A stretch of 64,000 nt of DNA from an uncultured virus (IMG/VR IMGVR_UViG_3300047170_000110) (IMGVR_UViG_3300047170_000110); one strand, 5' to 3'; shown: positions 1 through 9,692, counted from the stretch's first letter. Program-made: numbers and translations. Notes: a model not told the origin generated them from the letters alone.

Positions 1-727
1 GGAACCAGGGCTTGGCGAGCGCGAGCGTGTGGGACGCGAGCCACACGGCTTGCTTGGCGTCGATCGTCCAATGCTCGCCCAGGTTCTCTAGGTCGATGTC
101 TTCTTTCTTGTCTACGTGAAGCACGCGGAAGATCTGGACCGGGTTGCCGAGCCCGCCGAACTTGGCGATCAGATCTTCGGCGTCTTCGACCGCGCCCGCG
201 CGGTCCTGGTAGTAGCACTCTTCATCTTCGTTCTCGGGCTTCGAGTAACCGGGGAAGAGATCGTAATAGCTGTCGGGGTAGGGCGCGGTGCCGCTCCACA
301 TGGCGGACCAGATCTGCTCGACCGTCCAAGGGCCTTTGACTTTTTTGGCCAAGACCTTCGCGAGCGCACCGAAGGGTCGGCCGGGCTGCGCCCAGAACTT
401 CTCCGCGTCGTCGGTTTGGATCCGAGACGGCCGGATCTTCTTTTTCAGCTTCTTCTCGGCGAACCGGTACATTTCAGTTGCTAGACCCTGACGGCGGTGG
501 TCGCGCGCCACTTCGGTATGTTCCGGGACAAGTTGGCCGGTTTTGGGGTCGGGGTAAAACTCGGCGTAGGCCACGACGTGGGGACCCATGCCGCCCAGGA
601 GATTGTACGCGTCCGGGTGAGTCACGACGACCAGGAAGTTCCCATCGACCTTGTCGATGTCCAGCTTGTAGCTCTTCGGCAGGGCGGATAGAACTTGGGC
701 GAGCGCCGGGTAGCGGGACGAGTCCAT
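1..727 (-). CDS. Tagged multidomain protein (GNAT acetyltransferase plus ADP-ribosyltransferase-like module), running off the window edge; absent from the ORF track
   Basis: Hand translation from ATG at 727: MDSSRYPALAQVLSALPKSYKLD...EVARDHRRQGLATEMYRFAEKK...IRPSRIQTDDAEKFW (GNAT acetyl-CoA motif A, RRQGLA)...PFGALAKVLAKK...IFRVLHVDKKEDIDLENLGEHWTIDAKQA (resembles the ART-fold R...WT pattern). No stop before position 1. GGTTATTTTTAA lies just upstream. Confidence 0.8.
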   Translation of the reverse strand, partial: MDSSRYPALAQVLSALPKSYKLDIDKVDGNFLVVVTHPDAYNLLGGMGPHVVAYAEFYPDPKTGQLVPEHTEVARDHRRQGLATEMYRFAEKKLKKKIRPSRIQTDDAEKFWAQPGRPFGALAKVLAKKVKGPWTVEQIWSAMWSGTAPYPDSYYDLFPGYSKPENEDEECYYQDRAGAVEDAEDLIAKFGGLGNPVQIFRVLHVDKKEDIDLENLGEHWTIDAKQAVWLASHTLALAKPWF

Positions 728-730
728 AGG

Positions 731-742
731 TTAAAAATAACC
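731..742 (-). promoter_or_regulatory. Class-L (late-type) promoter motif GGTTATTTTTAA
   Basis: 3 nt before ATG 727; the motif recurs upstream of many structural genes. Confidence 0.7.
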
Positions 743-757
743 TAGGGGATTGGTACT

Positions 758-1561
758 TTACTGGGCGGTCAGACCGTTCTTTCGAATCTCATCCATGCTG
801 GCTTGGAACTCGGCCTTCGTGGGCATTCGGATCGAGTATGTCTGGGAGGGCCCGATATTTTCCTTCAGGAAGGTATCGGGCAGGAAGGTATCCAGATCCC
901 GCAGCTCGGTCATTTCCCCGCTCCCGTACTGGGGTCCCCCGGCGACTTTGAGCGCGCCGAGCAGATTGCTTGCCCGGGCATATAGTTCGTTGAACTGGGA
1001 GGACTTGCGTGCCAGATCCGCTTCCGTCTTGTGGAGATCGTCATGGATGAGCGAACCGGGCGGGGGCGCTTTACCTTCGAGCACTTCAAACGCGTCCGAC
1101 GCGATTTCTTGGAGCATCTGGAGCTGGCGTCCGATAGCCGTGTCGGAGTGGAGCTTGAGGGAGGTGGCGATGTCGTGGAAGGCCTGACGGGCGGCAGAGA
1201 GCCGAGCTTTCAGGATGGAATTGTCCGTGTCGGGAAACGGATCTCTTTTTAGTTTATCCAAGACGATTCGCGCCCGTGCTCCGAGGGGATACAGATCCCC
1301 TTCATGATCCGGTTCGCACGCGTTCGTGTCTTCATGGATCACGAAGTTCGCAGGGTTCGAGTACCACTCCAATTCCTTGATGGCGGATTCGAGCTTCGCG
1401 CGGAGCGTGTCGTTGTCTTTCTTCCACGACATCTCCGCCAGGTTGGTTCGAGTCAGCTCCCGATAGCGCTCGTGTCCGGCCCGCTCGGCCTCCAGCTGAC
1501 CTTGGAGGTCCAGGAGTTGGGCTTCGAGCGCTTGGATCTTTTCTTTATCAGTAGAAGACAT
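758..1561 (-). CDS. Hypothetical coiled-coil protein
   Basis: 267-aa ORF with a heptad-rich N-terminus. Confidence 0.7.
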   Translation of the reverse strand: MSSTDKEKIQALEAQLLDLQGQLEAERAGHERYRELTRTNLAEMSWKKDNDTLRAKLESAIKELEWYSNPANFVIHEDTNACEPDHEGDLYPLGARARIVLDKLKRDPFPDTDNSILKARLSAARQAFHDIATSLKLHSDTAIGRQLQMLQEIASDAFEVLEGKAPPPGSLIHDDLHKTEADLARKSSQFNELYARASNLLGALKVAGGPQYGSGEMTELRDLDTFLPDTFLKENIGPSQTYSIRMPTKAEFQASMDEIRKNGLTAQ

Positions 1562-1675
1562 TCTTCAGCCCTATCCGAGTGGGGGACGGTCGTCGAGTGC
1601 AGAAAGCTACCGAACTTGGAAATGCTGTAGTTTCAAGCAGGTAAGTCCCCGGATGTAAAATCGATGTAAAATATT

Positions 1676-1801
1676 TCAGATGATCGAATCTTCGGTCTGA
1701 TTCGAGGGTCGAAAGAACTTTTCAAGCCCGTAGAGGACCAATCCCGCAACCCCTGGAAGGAAGAGGGACAGGAAGATCAGCCATAAGTCATCGAGCGTCA
1801 T
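1676..1801 (-). CDS. Small single-pass membrane protein (41 aa)
   Basis: MTLDDLWLIFLSLFLPGVAGLVLYGLEKFF..., preceded by a GGGAG RBS. Confidence 0.5.
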   Translation of the reverse strand: MTLDDLWLIFLSLFLPGVAGLVLYGLEKFFRPSNQTEDSII

Positions 1802-2030
1802 GCCTGCTCCCTAGCGTGGGTTGACCGCTTCCGTCAAGCCTGATAGAGCCTCGGGATGCGTGTGAATCAAACTCCGGAGGCGACCGAGCTGGTCCCCGAA
1901 ACTCCGGAAGAGTGTGAGTTGTTGAAGCGATTGGTGGAGACTTTTAGGTCCGATCCGAATCGTATCGTCCCCTCCGTCCAGCTCGACCCCGGCGGCGTCT
2001 TCTGCATCTGGAAATTTTGAGGGACCGATC

Positions 2031-2306
2031 ATGATTTTGACGATCGGCTCGCTCTACACGCATAAGAAAAACGGATCGATTTACAAGATCACGACTTGGG
2101 CGCTCGATAAGACTCGCGACATCGAGTTGATCGGGTACGTGCAGGTCTACTTCCTCCAGAAGTATTCAGCTCATTTGGGCGGCTGGACGCAGCTCCGTAC
2201 CGTTCGGAAGGGCAAGGGTTACGGGTTCTACGTTAGGACGGCGGAAGATTTCAAAGCCAAGCTGCGGCCGACGACCAAAGAAGACATCGTCAAGAATACC
2301 CGGTGA
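2031..2306 (+). CDS. DUF1653-like small phage protein
   Basis: YTHKKNGSIY...FYVRTAEDF pattern. Confidence 0.6.
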   Translation: MILTIGSLYTHKKNGSIYKITTWALDKTRDIELIGYVQVYFLQKYSAHLGGWTQLRTVRKGKGYGFYVRTAEDFKAKLRPTTKEDIVKNTR

Positions 2307-2307
2307 A

Positions 2308-2667
2308 ATGATGGGCACAGTAACCACCCGACATCTGCGACTCTCCCTGGAAGGCTCGATCCTCAATTTCAACCCCTCCGACTGGGTAAATTGCGTGACG
2401 GATGATTCGGGGAAAACACTCACTCCGGACGAAGTGAAACGCTATTTCGTCACGTCGCTTGGCGAAGGGAAAAAGTATTTACCGTTCGGGCAGCCCTGCG
2501 AGGGTTGGAGTTTTCAAACCGGATGCCCCGGGCACCCCCAGGAAGAACAGGTTCAAAAGACTTGCCGGGTCTTGGGTTGCGAGAACCGGGATTACGGTGA
2601 AGGCTTTTGCCATCAGCACGAGGGAGATCCCCTCAAGTGGAAAAACGAAATGAAGCCGGACCGATGA
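2308..2667 (+). CDS. Hypothetical Cys-containing phage protein
   Basis: CEGWSFQTGCPGH and CRVLGC...FCHQH motifs; operon context. Confidence 0.6.
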   Translation: MMGTVTTRHLRLSLEGSILNFNPSDWVNCVTDDSGKTLTPDEVKRYFVTSLGEGKKYLPFGQPCEGWSFQTGCPGHPQEEQVQKTCRVLGCENRDYGEGFCHQHEGDPLKWKNEMKPDR

Positions 2668-2790
2668 GTGACAGATTTCGCGACTCCGGAGCAGATCGTA
2701 AAAAGGATTGAGGAAGCCAGAAGGCTTGTTAAAAATCAGGACGGGGGCGGTTCGTGCTCACGTTCACTATCAAAAAAGAAGGAGAGAAAA

Positions 2791-3306
2791 ATGTCAGAAA
2801 CAACGGAAGCAGTAGTCGCCCACACCCCAGTAGTCGTGAATCTAGGGGATGAGGTGAAATGTCTTGTCACTAATTTGCAGGGGATCTGCACGAGCCTGAC
2901 TCGTGGCTTGCACGGCTGCCGCCTTGTTGGCATCCAGCCTCCGGTCGATAAGGACGGGAAGTTGCCCGAGGGTTACAGCGTGGATGAGCCGACCTGCATG
3001 GTCGTGAAGACGGGTGCGATCCCAATCCCTCCAAGCCATCCGGAAGAGATCTCCGTTGCGCTCGGCGACGAAGTGGTCGATCCGGTGACGAAGTTCGAAG
3101 GGATCCTGGTCAACGAGACGATCTTCTTGAATGGTTGCATTCGCGTCGCCGTGCAGCCTACCGTGAACGAGAAGGATGGTAAATTCCGCGAGGTCCGGCA
3201 CTTCGATGCGCCGCGCCTGAGGCTGAAGGAAGCCAAGAAGGTCCTGGTGCAATCGAAGGACAAACCCACCGGTGGACCGAGGGGTCCTCTGCCCCCGAGG
3301 TATTGA
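2791..3306 (+). CDS. Hypothetical protein made of two tandem copies of a ~65-aa domain
   Basis: LGDEVKCLVTNLQGI...LHGCRLVGIQPPVDKDGK versus LGDEVVDPVTKFEGI...LNGCIRVAVQPTVNEKDGK; the AAGGAG RBS favours ATG 2791. Confidence 0.75.
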   Translation: MSETTEAVVAHTPVVVNLGDEVKCLVTNLQGICTSLTRGLHGCRLVGIQPPVDKDGKLPEGYSVDEPTCMVVKTGAIPIPPSHPEEISVALGDEVVDPVTKFEGILVNETIFLNGCIRVAVQPTVNEKDGKFREVRHFDAPRLRLKEAKKVLVQSKDKPTGGPRGPLPPRY

Positions 3307-3555
3307 GTGGCCAAAGCCAAAACGAAAATCCTCATCACTGACTTCGAAGGATTCAACGTCCACAATCCGGAGCAGGCTGGAAAAGGCTTGCGTAAAAATT
3401 GGATTGAATTCGAGACTCTCGCGCAGGCTGAAGCTTTTGCGGAAGTCGTGAAGGATTACGGCTGGGAGGAATCGAAGGAACTCCTGAAGCGTTTCCAGGC
3501 GGTCCTCGGAGCGCCTAAGGCCGAAACGGATTCGGCGCTCGGAATTTCAGGATAA
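3307..3555 (+). CDS. Hypothetical protein
   Basis: GAGG RBS, same operon. Confidence 0.6.
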   Translation: MAKAKTKILITDFEGFNVHNPEQAGKGLRKNWIEFETLAQAEAFAEVVKDYGWEESKELLKRFQAVLGAPKAETDSALGISG

Positions 3556-3676
3556 CTCCACGCGGCTTGGCGTTATTTCGTGTCTCTTCGCGGTGAGCCC
3601 GGCTCGTGCATAGGTTTAGCCCGATTCGTGCAGGGTCTTACGCACAGACGTAAAACCTCAAAACGAAGGAGACACT

Positions 3677-3940
3677 ATGCGCGGAAATATGACGAAAGTA
3701 TTCCAGGGTAATTTTGGCAAGGACTACGGGAAGGATCTTCCGGAGCAACATGTCAAGGCCGTGGATGAAGTGCAGACGAAGTTCGGTGAGATCGCCGACG
3801 TGGTCGGCCGTGTCACCCCACAGGGCTACATCCAGCAGCTCCTCCTCGCACGTCTCTGGGAGATCAACTCCCTCGTTCGTACGAGCCTGACGAGCGGACC
3901 CGCTTTGGCGGAGTTCGACCAGATCACTCGCGTCGCGTAA
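3677..3940 (+). CDS. Hypothetical protein
   Basis: Strong AAGGAG RBS before the ATG. Confidence 0.7.
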   Translation: MRGNMTKVFQGNFGKDYGKDLPEQHVKAVDEVQTKFGEIADVVGRVTPQGYIQQLLLARLWEINSLVRTSLTSGPALAEFDQITRVA

Positions 3941-3978
3941 GTCGCGACAAGCTTTTGGCAACCGTTACCTGAATCGGA

Positions 3979-4620
3979 TCAGCTGACTTCAGGTAGCGGT
4001 TGCCCAGGGCCCGGTCCAGCGGACTCTTCTTTTTCTTCGTAGGAGAAATTGTTCGGCGATCCGCCTGAAGCCAAGTGCTCGGCGAACTCTTCGACCAACG
4101 CTTGGTTCTCTTGATGGTAGTTCCGAGACTCCTGCTGCTGGTAGATTTCCTGAAGTCTCGCGGGAGCAAATTTTTGAAAGAGTTCAAAGCGGTCATCCAC
4201 GTTGGCCAGCTCGCTATCCACCTGCTCGATCCCCGTTTGGATCCACTTGAACCCTTGGTACTCATGTTCCTTGAAGCCGTCGCGGTGACCGACGATCTTC
4301 ATCTCGTCGTTTTTGAAAAACATGTTCGAATGGTTGACCACTCCGCGCTTGCGCTCTGAAGTCAGGTTGCCCTTGTCGTCGGATGCGTAGTAGTGGAACC
4401 CCTGGTGCGCGGATTTCCCGACTTCCGGGATGATCGTGATGTAGGCGCCCCCGTCGATCTGATCGGGTTTGGCCGTGATCTCCACGATGTCGCCCGGCTT
4501 CATCTTCGACATCACTTCGTCTTTCCACGTCCAAGACCCTTTGTTGTCCGCTTGCACGATGGCAGCGAGAGCGGGGAATCGGAGGGCGAGGTCAACGGCA
4601 CGGTAGCGTCGTGGGTCCAT
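3979..4620 (-). CDS. Tagged putative internal virion (cargo) protein
   Basis: N-terminal FPALAAIVQA tag; class-L motif GGGTTATTTTAAAA immediately upstream. Confidence 0.7.
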   Translation of the reverse strand: MDPRRYRAVDLALRFPALAAIVQADNKGSWTWKDEVMSKMKPGDIVEITAKPDQIDGGAYITIIPEVGKSAHQGFHYYASDDKGNLTSERKRGVVNHSNMFFKNDEMKIVGHRDGFKEHEYQGFKWIQTGIEQVDSELANVDDRFELFQKFAPARLQEIYQQQESRNYHQENQALVEEFAEHLASGGSPNNFSYEEKEESAGPGPGQPLPEVS

Positions 4621-4621
4621 G

Positions 4622-4677
4622 TTTTAAAATAACCCGGGACCCGTCAAGGGGCTGAAATCCCCTCCGGATTAGTAAAA
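4622..4677. promoter_or_regulatory. Divergent promoter pair: class-L motif (4622-4635, -) and class-M motif ATTAGTAAAA (4668-4677, +)
   Basis: Each motif is at its usual spacing from the ATG of the flanking gene. Confidence 0.65.
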
Positions 4678-4684
4678 GCCCTGC

Positions 4685-7471
4685 ATGATACTCGCACCCG
4701 CAGGCGACTCCCAGAAGGTCCCCAACACGCCCTACGTCCAGGACCCTCAGTCCGGTCTTTGGTGGCAACCCCATCCGGTCGTGACCGAAGGGCACTGGAG
4801 CGAGGAAGGGTTCATGGAATCCTACCGGCAGCTCCCGGCCTCCGAATTGGCCGCCTGCCGGGATCTGGCGAACTCCCTGTGGGTGAACTGGATGAAGAAG
4901 AAGCCTGGGCCCACCCTGGATGTCTTCGCCACCCATACGGGCATGGGCTTCGCTCTCAACGAACTCACCAAGGTCCCGGCCGAAACGATCCGCGAGAGCG
5001 CGGTCGAAAAGATGACAAGCTGGGTCAAACAATCGAACCAGTATAGTCTCGTCACGTGCGTCCACGGGTTCCAAAAGATTCCGGCCCAGTACGCGGGCGT
5101 GATTTTGGAAAACTTGAGAGAAGCGCTCCGGCCCGACGGGATCCTGTTCCTGCGCATGCCGGACCGCGAGGTGCCGGGCTTCGAACGGGATCTGATCCCC
5201 GAGCGCTTCAAGACCGCCCAGTGCTTTTGGAGCCTGACGGCGTTCCTGGAGCTGCTCAGTCAGTACCCGGTCTTCACGATCGCCGAGACCTACCCGATGG
5301 GCCAGGGTCAACGGGATTACTTGCTCCGTCCGATCCAGCGAAAGCCTCGCGTGTGCATCGGCATGATCGCGAAGAACGAAGAGCGCGATCTTCCCCGCTG
5401 TCTCAAATCTCTCGAAGGCGTTGCGGATGGGCTCGTGCTGATCGACACCGGCTCGACCGACAAGACCATGGAGATCGCCCAGGAGTGGGCGGATGCCCAG
5501 AAGTTCAAGAAGGGATCCGTTCAGATCCGCCAGTACCTGAAGGCGTCAGAGCAGGACGAATCGGGCGAATGGAAGCTCTGGGACTTCTCCAAGGCCCGCA
5601 ACCAGTTCGTCGAGGCGATCGAGCGCATGGGCTTCGATTACGTCCTCTGGATGGATGCGGATGATGAGCTGAAGACCAAGCGGCTCAAGAACCTTTGCTT
5701 CCTCGACCAGTACCCGGTCCAGGCGGTCGCGATCAATTCCGGCAGCCTCCGATGGCCACATCACCGGCTCTGGAAAACGAATCTTGGCATTCGGTTCTCT
5801 GGACGCTGCCACGAATACCCGCACTTCGGAGGTCAGCGGGATTACTACCACACGGACTTGGAGATCTTCCACGACGCCGCCCCGACGGTAGGGATCGAGA
5901 ATTCTAACCCCCGAAACCTCCGGATCCTGGCTCGCGAGTTCAAAGAAGCGCCGACTCCTCGGTGCGCGTTCTATCTTGCCAACACGTACAAGGATTGCGG
6001 GCGCTGGGAGGAAGCGGCCGTCGCTTATAGAAAGCGCATGGAGTACGGCCACGGCTTTTTGGACGAGTACCATTTCGCGGCACTCTATCTCGGGCGCGTC
6101 TTGCGCGCGGCAGGGAAGGTCGATGAGGCCCGCCAGGTTCTGCTGAAAGCCGGTTCGGAGCGTCCCGATTGGGCGGAGTTCTGGATGGAGCTTGCTTACC
6201 TGGAAGACAAAGCCGGAAGCAACGACAAGGCGATTGGTTATGCGCTACTCGCGAAGGATTTGCCGGTCGCACCCACTCAGCTGTTCCGCGAGCGCAACGC
6301 CTACTCCGATCAACCCTACCGGGTGATCTCGTGGGGACATGAGAAGCGCGGCGAAGTCGAGCTGGCGCTCAAGTACGCGATCCTGGCCCGCGAGAAGATC
6401 GGGGCTCCCGACAAGGACTGGGAGGACCGGATCGAGCGGCTCACCGGAATTTTGCAGCAGCTGAAGAGTGTCACGCAGGAAGTTCGGACGACTCTCTCGC
6501 AGAGTATCGCGGGGAAAGAGATGGCTGGGTTTTCCAGAAAGCCCCAGAAGAAGATCGAGCAGATCGTCCTGCATCGACCCGGCGCGATCGGGGATGTCAT
6601 CATGACGCTCAACGGGATCCCTGCGCTCAAGCGCAAGCATCCCGGGGCGAAGATCATTTATCGGACCCATCCGACCACCATGAACCATCTGGAAGCTTTG
6701 ATGCTCGCGGCGGGCGTGGATCAGGTTCTCGCGACGGACAAGAACTATCCTGTCCCCGATGAGGAGATCAACCTGATCGGCTACCCGGTTCGGGCGGAGG
6801 GGTATCCGGAGAAGCCGATGAAAAAACATCTCATCGAATACTTCGCGGCCGAGATGGGAGTGGAGCCGGACTTCGACTCGTTCGTCATTCCGGTTCCGCG
6901 TGAGCCCCTGGGGGTCGTGCCGGATCTGGACATTTTTCGAAAAAATTACATCACGATTCATCCACAGGCGGGCTGGTCGATGTACAAGAACTGGCCGATC
7001 GAACGGTGGCAGAAAGTCTGCGCAGATTTGAAGCAGGAACTGGAAGTCGAGATCTTTCAGCTGGGTGGCCCGGTGGACTCGCGGATCCCCGGGGTAGACC
7101 ATAGTCTCCTGGGGGCCTCGTTCGACGCCAACCTGACTGTGCTGGCATTAGCCAAGATGCACTTGGGGGTGGATAGCTGGACGAATCACGCGACCAATAT
7201 CCAGTGGGGGGCGAAGGGCCGCACGCGAGCGGCCATCCTCTGGGGGTCTACGCAGCCCTCGGCGGCGGGCTATACAACCAATGTTAATTTATCAGTAGGG
7301 CTCCCCTGTCAGCCCTGCTTCCGGGAGGATCCGAAGATCTCCCAGGCTTCTCGCGGGGTCTGCCCGAATCCAAGCGGTCAGACCTACGAGAACCCGAAGC
7401 ATGCCTGTATGGACCAGCTATCCGTGGAACGCGTCCTCAACGAAGCTTTGAACCTGTGGAGAAGTTTGTGA
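4685..7471 (+). CDS. Multidomain glycosyltransferase: degenerate SAM-MTase + GT2 + TPR + GT9-like
   Basis: MIAKNEERDLPRCL, IDTGSTD, DFSKARN, WMDADD, GRCHE (GT2); TPR-like helices; PGAIGDVIM, KNWPIERW, GVDSWTNH, CQPCF (GT9/GT-B); LRPDGILFL (class I MTase). Confidence 0.88.
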   Translation: MILAPAGDSQKVPNTPYVQDPQSGLWWQPHPVVTEGHWSEEGFMESYRQLPASELAACRDLANSLWVNWMKKKPGPTLDVFATHTGMGFALNELTKVPAETIRESAVEKMTSWVKQSNQYSLVTCVHGFQKIPAQYAGVILENLREALRPDGILFLRMPDREVPGFERDLIPERFKTAQCFWSLTAFLELLSQYPVFTIAETYPMGQGQRDYLLRPIQRKPRVCIGMIAKNEERDLPRCLKSLEGVADGLVLIDTGSTDKTMEIAQEWADAQKFKKGSVQIRQYLKASEQDESGEWKLWDFSKARNQFVEAIERMGFDYVLWMDADDELKTKRLKNLCFLDQYPVQAVAINSGSLRWPHHRLWKTNLGIRFSGRCHEYPHFGGQRDYYHTDLEIFHDAAPTVGIENSNPRNLRILAREFKEAPTPRCAFYLANTYKDCGRWEEAAVAYRKRMEYGHGFLDEYHFAALYLGRVLRAAGKVDEARQVLLKAGSERPDWAEFWMELAYLEDKAGSNDKAIGYALLAKDLPVAPTQLFRERNAYSDQPYRVISWGHEKRGEVELALKYAILAREKIGAPDKDWEDRIERLTGILQQLKSVTQEVRTTLSQSIAGKEMAGFSRKPQKKIEQIVLHRPGAIGDVIMTLNGIPALKRKHPGAKIIYRTHPTTMNHLEALMLAAGVDQVLATDKNYPVPDEEINLIGYPVRAEGYPEKPMKKHLIEYFAAEMGVEPDFDSFVIPVPREPLGVVPDLDIFRKNYITIHPQAGWSMYKNWPIERWQKVCADLKQELEVEIFQLGGPVDSRIPGVDHSLLGASFDANLTVLALAKMHLGVDSWTNHATNIQWGAKGRTRAAILWGSTQPSAAGYTTNVNLSVGLPCQPCFREDPKISQASRGVCPNPSGQTYENPKHACMDQLSVERVLNEALNLWRSL

Positions 7472-7689
7472 AAAAATTCCTTTTGGCTTTTGTGTTCGGT
7501 CTATCGGTCGGGGCCTGCGGTCCGCAAGAAGTGTTCGTGGTCGTGCCGGAAGTGAGCCCGGCGCCAGCCCCGTCCATCTCTCCCGCGCCCGTCGTTTCGC
7601 CCGAACCTTCCCCGAGCTGCACGCCGCCCGCCCATCACGGCCCGTGGCCTTGCCGGTGCTCGGACAATACTCAGTGCGAGTGCCAGTAA
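7468..7689 (+). CDS. Small Pro-rich lipoprotein
   Basis: MKKFLLAFVFGLSVGA-C lipobox; GTGA overlap with the GT stop. Confidence 0.6.
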   Translation: MKKFLLAFVFGLSVGACGPQEVFVVVPEVSPAPAPSISPAPVVSPEPSPSCTPPAHHGPWPCRCSDNTQCECQ

Positions 7690-7768
7690 AGTCGTTTGCT
7701 TAGACCCCTAAAATCAGAGGGTTAGGACTCGGCTCGGTCCGGTTCCGAAACCCGAATTATTTTAGGGT

Positions 7769-8563
7769 ATGGAAAACTCTAAGCCCTCTTCCGCAGTCGT
7801 CAAGAAGTTCAAGTTCGGCCGTCAGGCGAGGAAGTTTGACCCCCGGGTGAAGCATCTGGGCGCCGTGCTCGCGCAGCATCCTGCGCTTCCTGCGGTCCCG
7901 GCTGAAGCCAACTGGACTCACGGGATCAAGGACTTCGGGATGATGTTGAACGACACGCTCGGCGACTGCACGTGCGCGGCCGTATTCCACGCACGTCAGA
8001 TTTGGACGGCCAACACGGCCGTAGAGAGCACCGAGCCGGACGCGATGGTACTCAAGCTTTACGAGAAGGCCTGCGGGTACAACCCAGCCGATCCCAACAC
8101 GGATGGCGGTGGCGTCGAGCAGCACGTCCTGAGCTACCTGTACAACACGGGCGTTCCGCTCGCGGACGGCACGGTGGACAAGATCCTGGGCTACGTCGAA
8201 GTGAACGTCCAGAACCACACGGAAGTGAAGATCACGATCAACGAGTTCGGCCTCGCCTACATCGGCATCTCCGTCCCGAACAGCATCTACGACGCTTCCG
8301 GCGAGCCGCTTCAGGTTTGGGATTACGTCCCGGGCAGCGACATCGAAGGGGGTCACGCGATCATCCTGGTCGGATACGATCCGACCGGACTCACGTTCAT
8401 TTCGTGGGGCGGTCTCTACAAGATGACCTGGGCGTTCTTCGATAACTATTGCGAAGAAGCCTACGCGATCGTGGACAAGAACTGGATCGCCAAGACGGGC
8501 AAGACTCCGCTCAGCATGACGATGCAGCAGCTCGAAGATCTCATGAAGGAAATCAAAGAGTAA
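7769..8563 (+). CDS. Papain-fold (C1-like) cysteine peptidase
   Basis: LGDCTCAA (catalytic Cys), GGHAIILVGYD (His), ISWG; class-L-like motif upstream. Confidence 0.75.
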   Translation: MENSKPSSAVVKKFKFGRQARKFDPRVKHLGAVLAQHPALPAVPAEANWTHGIKDFGMMLNDTLGDCTCAAVFHARQIWTANTAVESTEPDAMVLKLYEKACGYNPADPNTDGGGVEQHVLSYLYNTGVPLADGTVDKILGYVEVNVQNHTEVKITINEFGLAYIGISVPNSIYDASGEPLQVWDYVPGSDIEGGHAIILVGYDPTGLTFISWGGLYKMTWAFFDNYCEEAYAIVDKNWIAKTGKTPLSMTMQQLEDLMKEIKE

Positions 8564-8570
8564 CCCTCCC

Positions 8571-8807
8571 GTGCGCAAGCTTTTCCGGGCGGTCAAACAT
8601 GCCGCCGGGACGGGTTGGCGGGTTCTTTGGGGCCTGTTCTTGAATGGACGGCTTTTGATCTCTCCCGCGTGGGTGAGGCATCGGCGCCAGCTTTGTCACG
8701 TGTGCCCGAAGTACGCGGCCAAGCAGGATTTCTGCATGGAATGCTTTTGCATCGTGAAAATCAAGACGAAGCTGGAAGAAGCCAAATGTCCGGACGACTG
8801 GTGGTAA
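8571..8807 (+). CDS. Small Cys-rich protein (CxxC..CxxCxC..K..CP..W)
   Basis: CHVCPKY...CMECFC...KTKL...KCPDDWW; paralog at 45589. Confidence 0.65.
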   Translation: MRKLFRAVKHAAGTGWRVLWGLFLNGRLLISPAWVRHRRQLCHVCPKYAAKQDFCMECFCIVKIKTKLEEAKCPDDWW

Positions 8808-8912
8808 AATGAACGACTGGATTCAGAGCATGTTGAAGAAGGGCGTTTCCATTTCCATTCCGGTCAGTTGGATCGTCGCGGGCGCAAAAAAGGTGAAGCA
8901 GTTCTTCCAGCG

Positions 8913-9350
8913 TTAAATAGATTCGTCCTTGCGGGCTTCCCGTAGGGCGCGCAGGCGAGCGGATCCGGCGTCCACGATGCGTTGGATTTTACGATCCTGC
9001 TTGCTGGGACCTAAGAATGTTACGTAACTGCGTTGGATGAGTTTTATCTTGCGCTTACGTTTGCGACGTTGCCGTTTGTCCGGGTGGTTCTTTTTCATCC
9101 ACGCCCGGTAGATCTTGTTCGCATCCCGTGAGGGGATCGAGAAAAACTTGTTCGAGTATTCGCCTCGGGTGAATCGGGTGAAGGAGATTTCCAAGGGACC
9201 GCATTGTCCGGGAATAAAATCGACAACGTCTTTCGGGTTGATCGCATTGAGACGGGCGACCAGTTCGGGATCTGTCGGAGTGAACTCCTTACAGACCCCG
9301 ATCGGTTGCCCGTTCAGCATGATGTGAGCGCCTTTTAAAACTTCGCTCAT
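8913..9350 (-). CDS. Hypothetical basic protein
   Basis: ORF with ATGA coupling to the upstream gene. Confidence 0.6.
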   Translation of the reverse strand: MSEVLKGAHIMLNGQPIGVCKEFTPTDPELVARLNAINPKDVVDFIPGQCGPLEISFTRFTRGEYSNKFFSIPSRDANKIYRAWMKKNHPDKRQRRKRKRKIKLIQRSYVTFLGPSKQDRKIQRIVDAGSARLRALREARKDESI

Positions 9351-9673
9351 TCTTCCTCGTTGTCCAGATCGTCTTCGTCGAGGTCTTCTTCCTTTTCTTC
9401 CTCTTCTTCCTCGCCATCCAGATCTGGAGAGAAACCCAACCGGTCCCAGGCGTCCGAGAGCTGCTGGGTGGCGTCTTCGATGTCTTGGGTCTGATCCAGT
9501 TCGCTCAGCTTGATCGTCACGTCCGAGACGCTGTTGCTTCCCGTGATGACGATGCTGTCCCCGTGGATCAGCTGAGCCAGTTGATCGATGTCCAATTCGA
9601 TCGGAGAGATGAGGATCGGTTTGGGTTTTGAGGATTCTTTCTTCGGTTCCGGTTTCTTCGGTGCTTTGGCCAT
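9347..9673 (-). CDS. Hypothetical protein with acidic C-terminal tail
   Basis: AAGGA RBS; poly-E/D tail. Confidence 0.7.
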   Translation of the reverse strand: MAKAPKKPEPKKESSKPKPILISPIELDIDQLAQLIHGDSIVITGSNSVSDVTIKLSELDQTQDIEDATQQLSDAWDRLGFSPDLDGEEEEEEKEEDLDEDDLDNEEE

Positions 9674-9692
9674 TTCAATTTCCTTTCAGGGG

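Noticed and set aside
1652..1672. Direct repeat GATGTAAAAT x2
   Set aside because: Only two copies and no supporting context
2308..3555. In-frame ORFs abutting across TGA (2667/2668, 3306/3307; also 26566/26565), suggesting TGA recoding
   Set aside because: The downstream genes have their own RBS, many ATGA/TGATG overlaps show TGA is a stop, and conserved genes are intact in code 11
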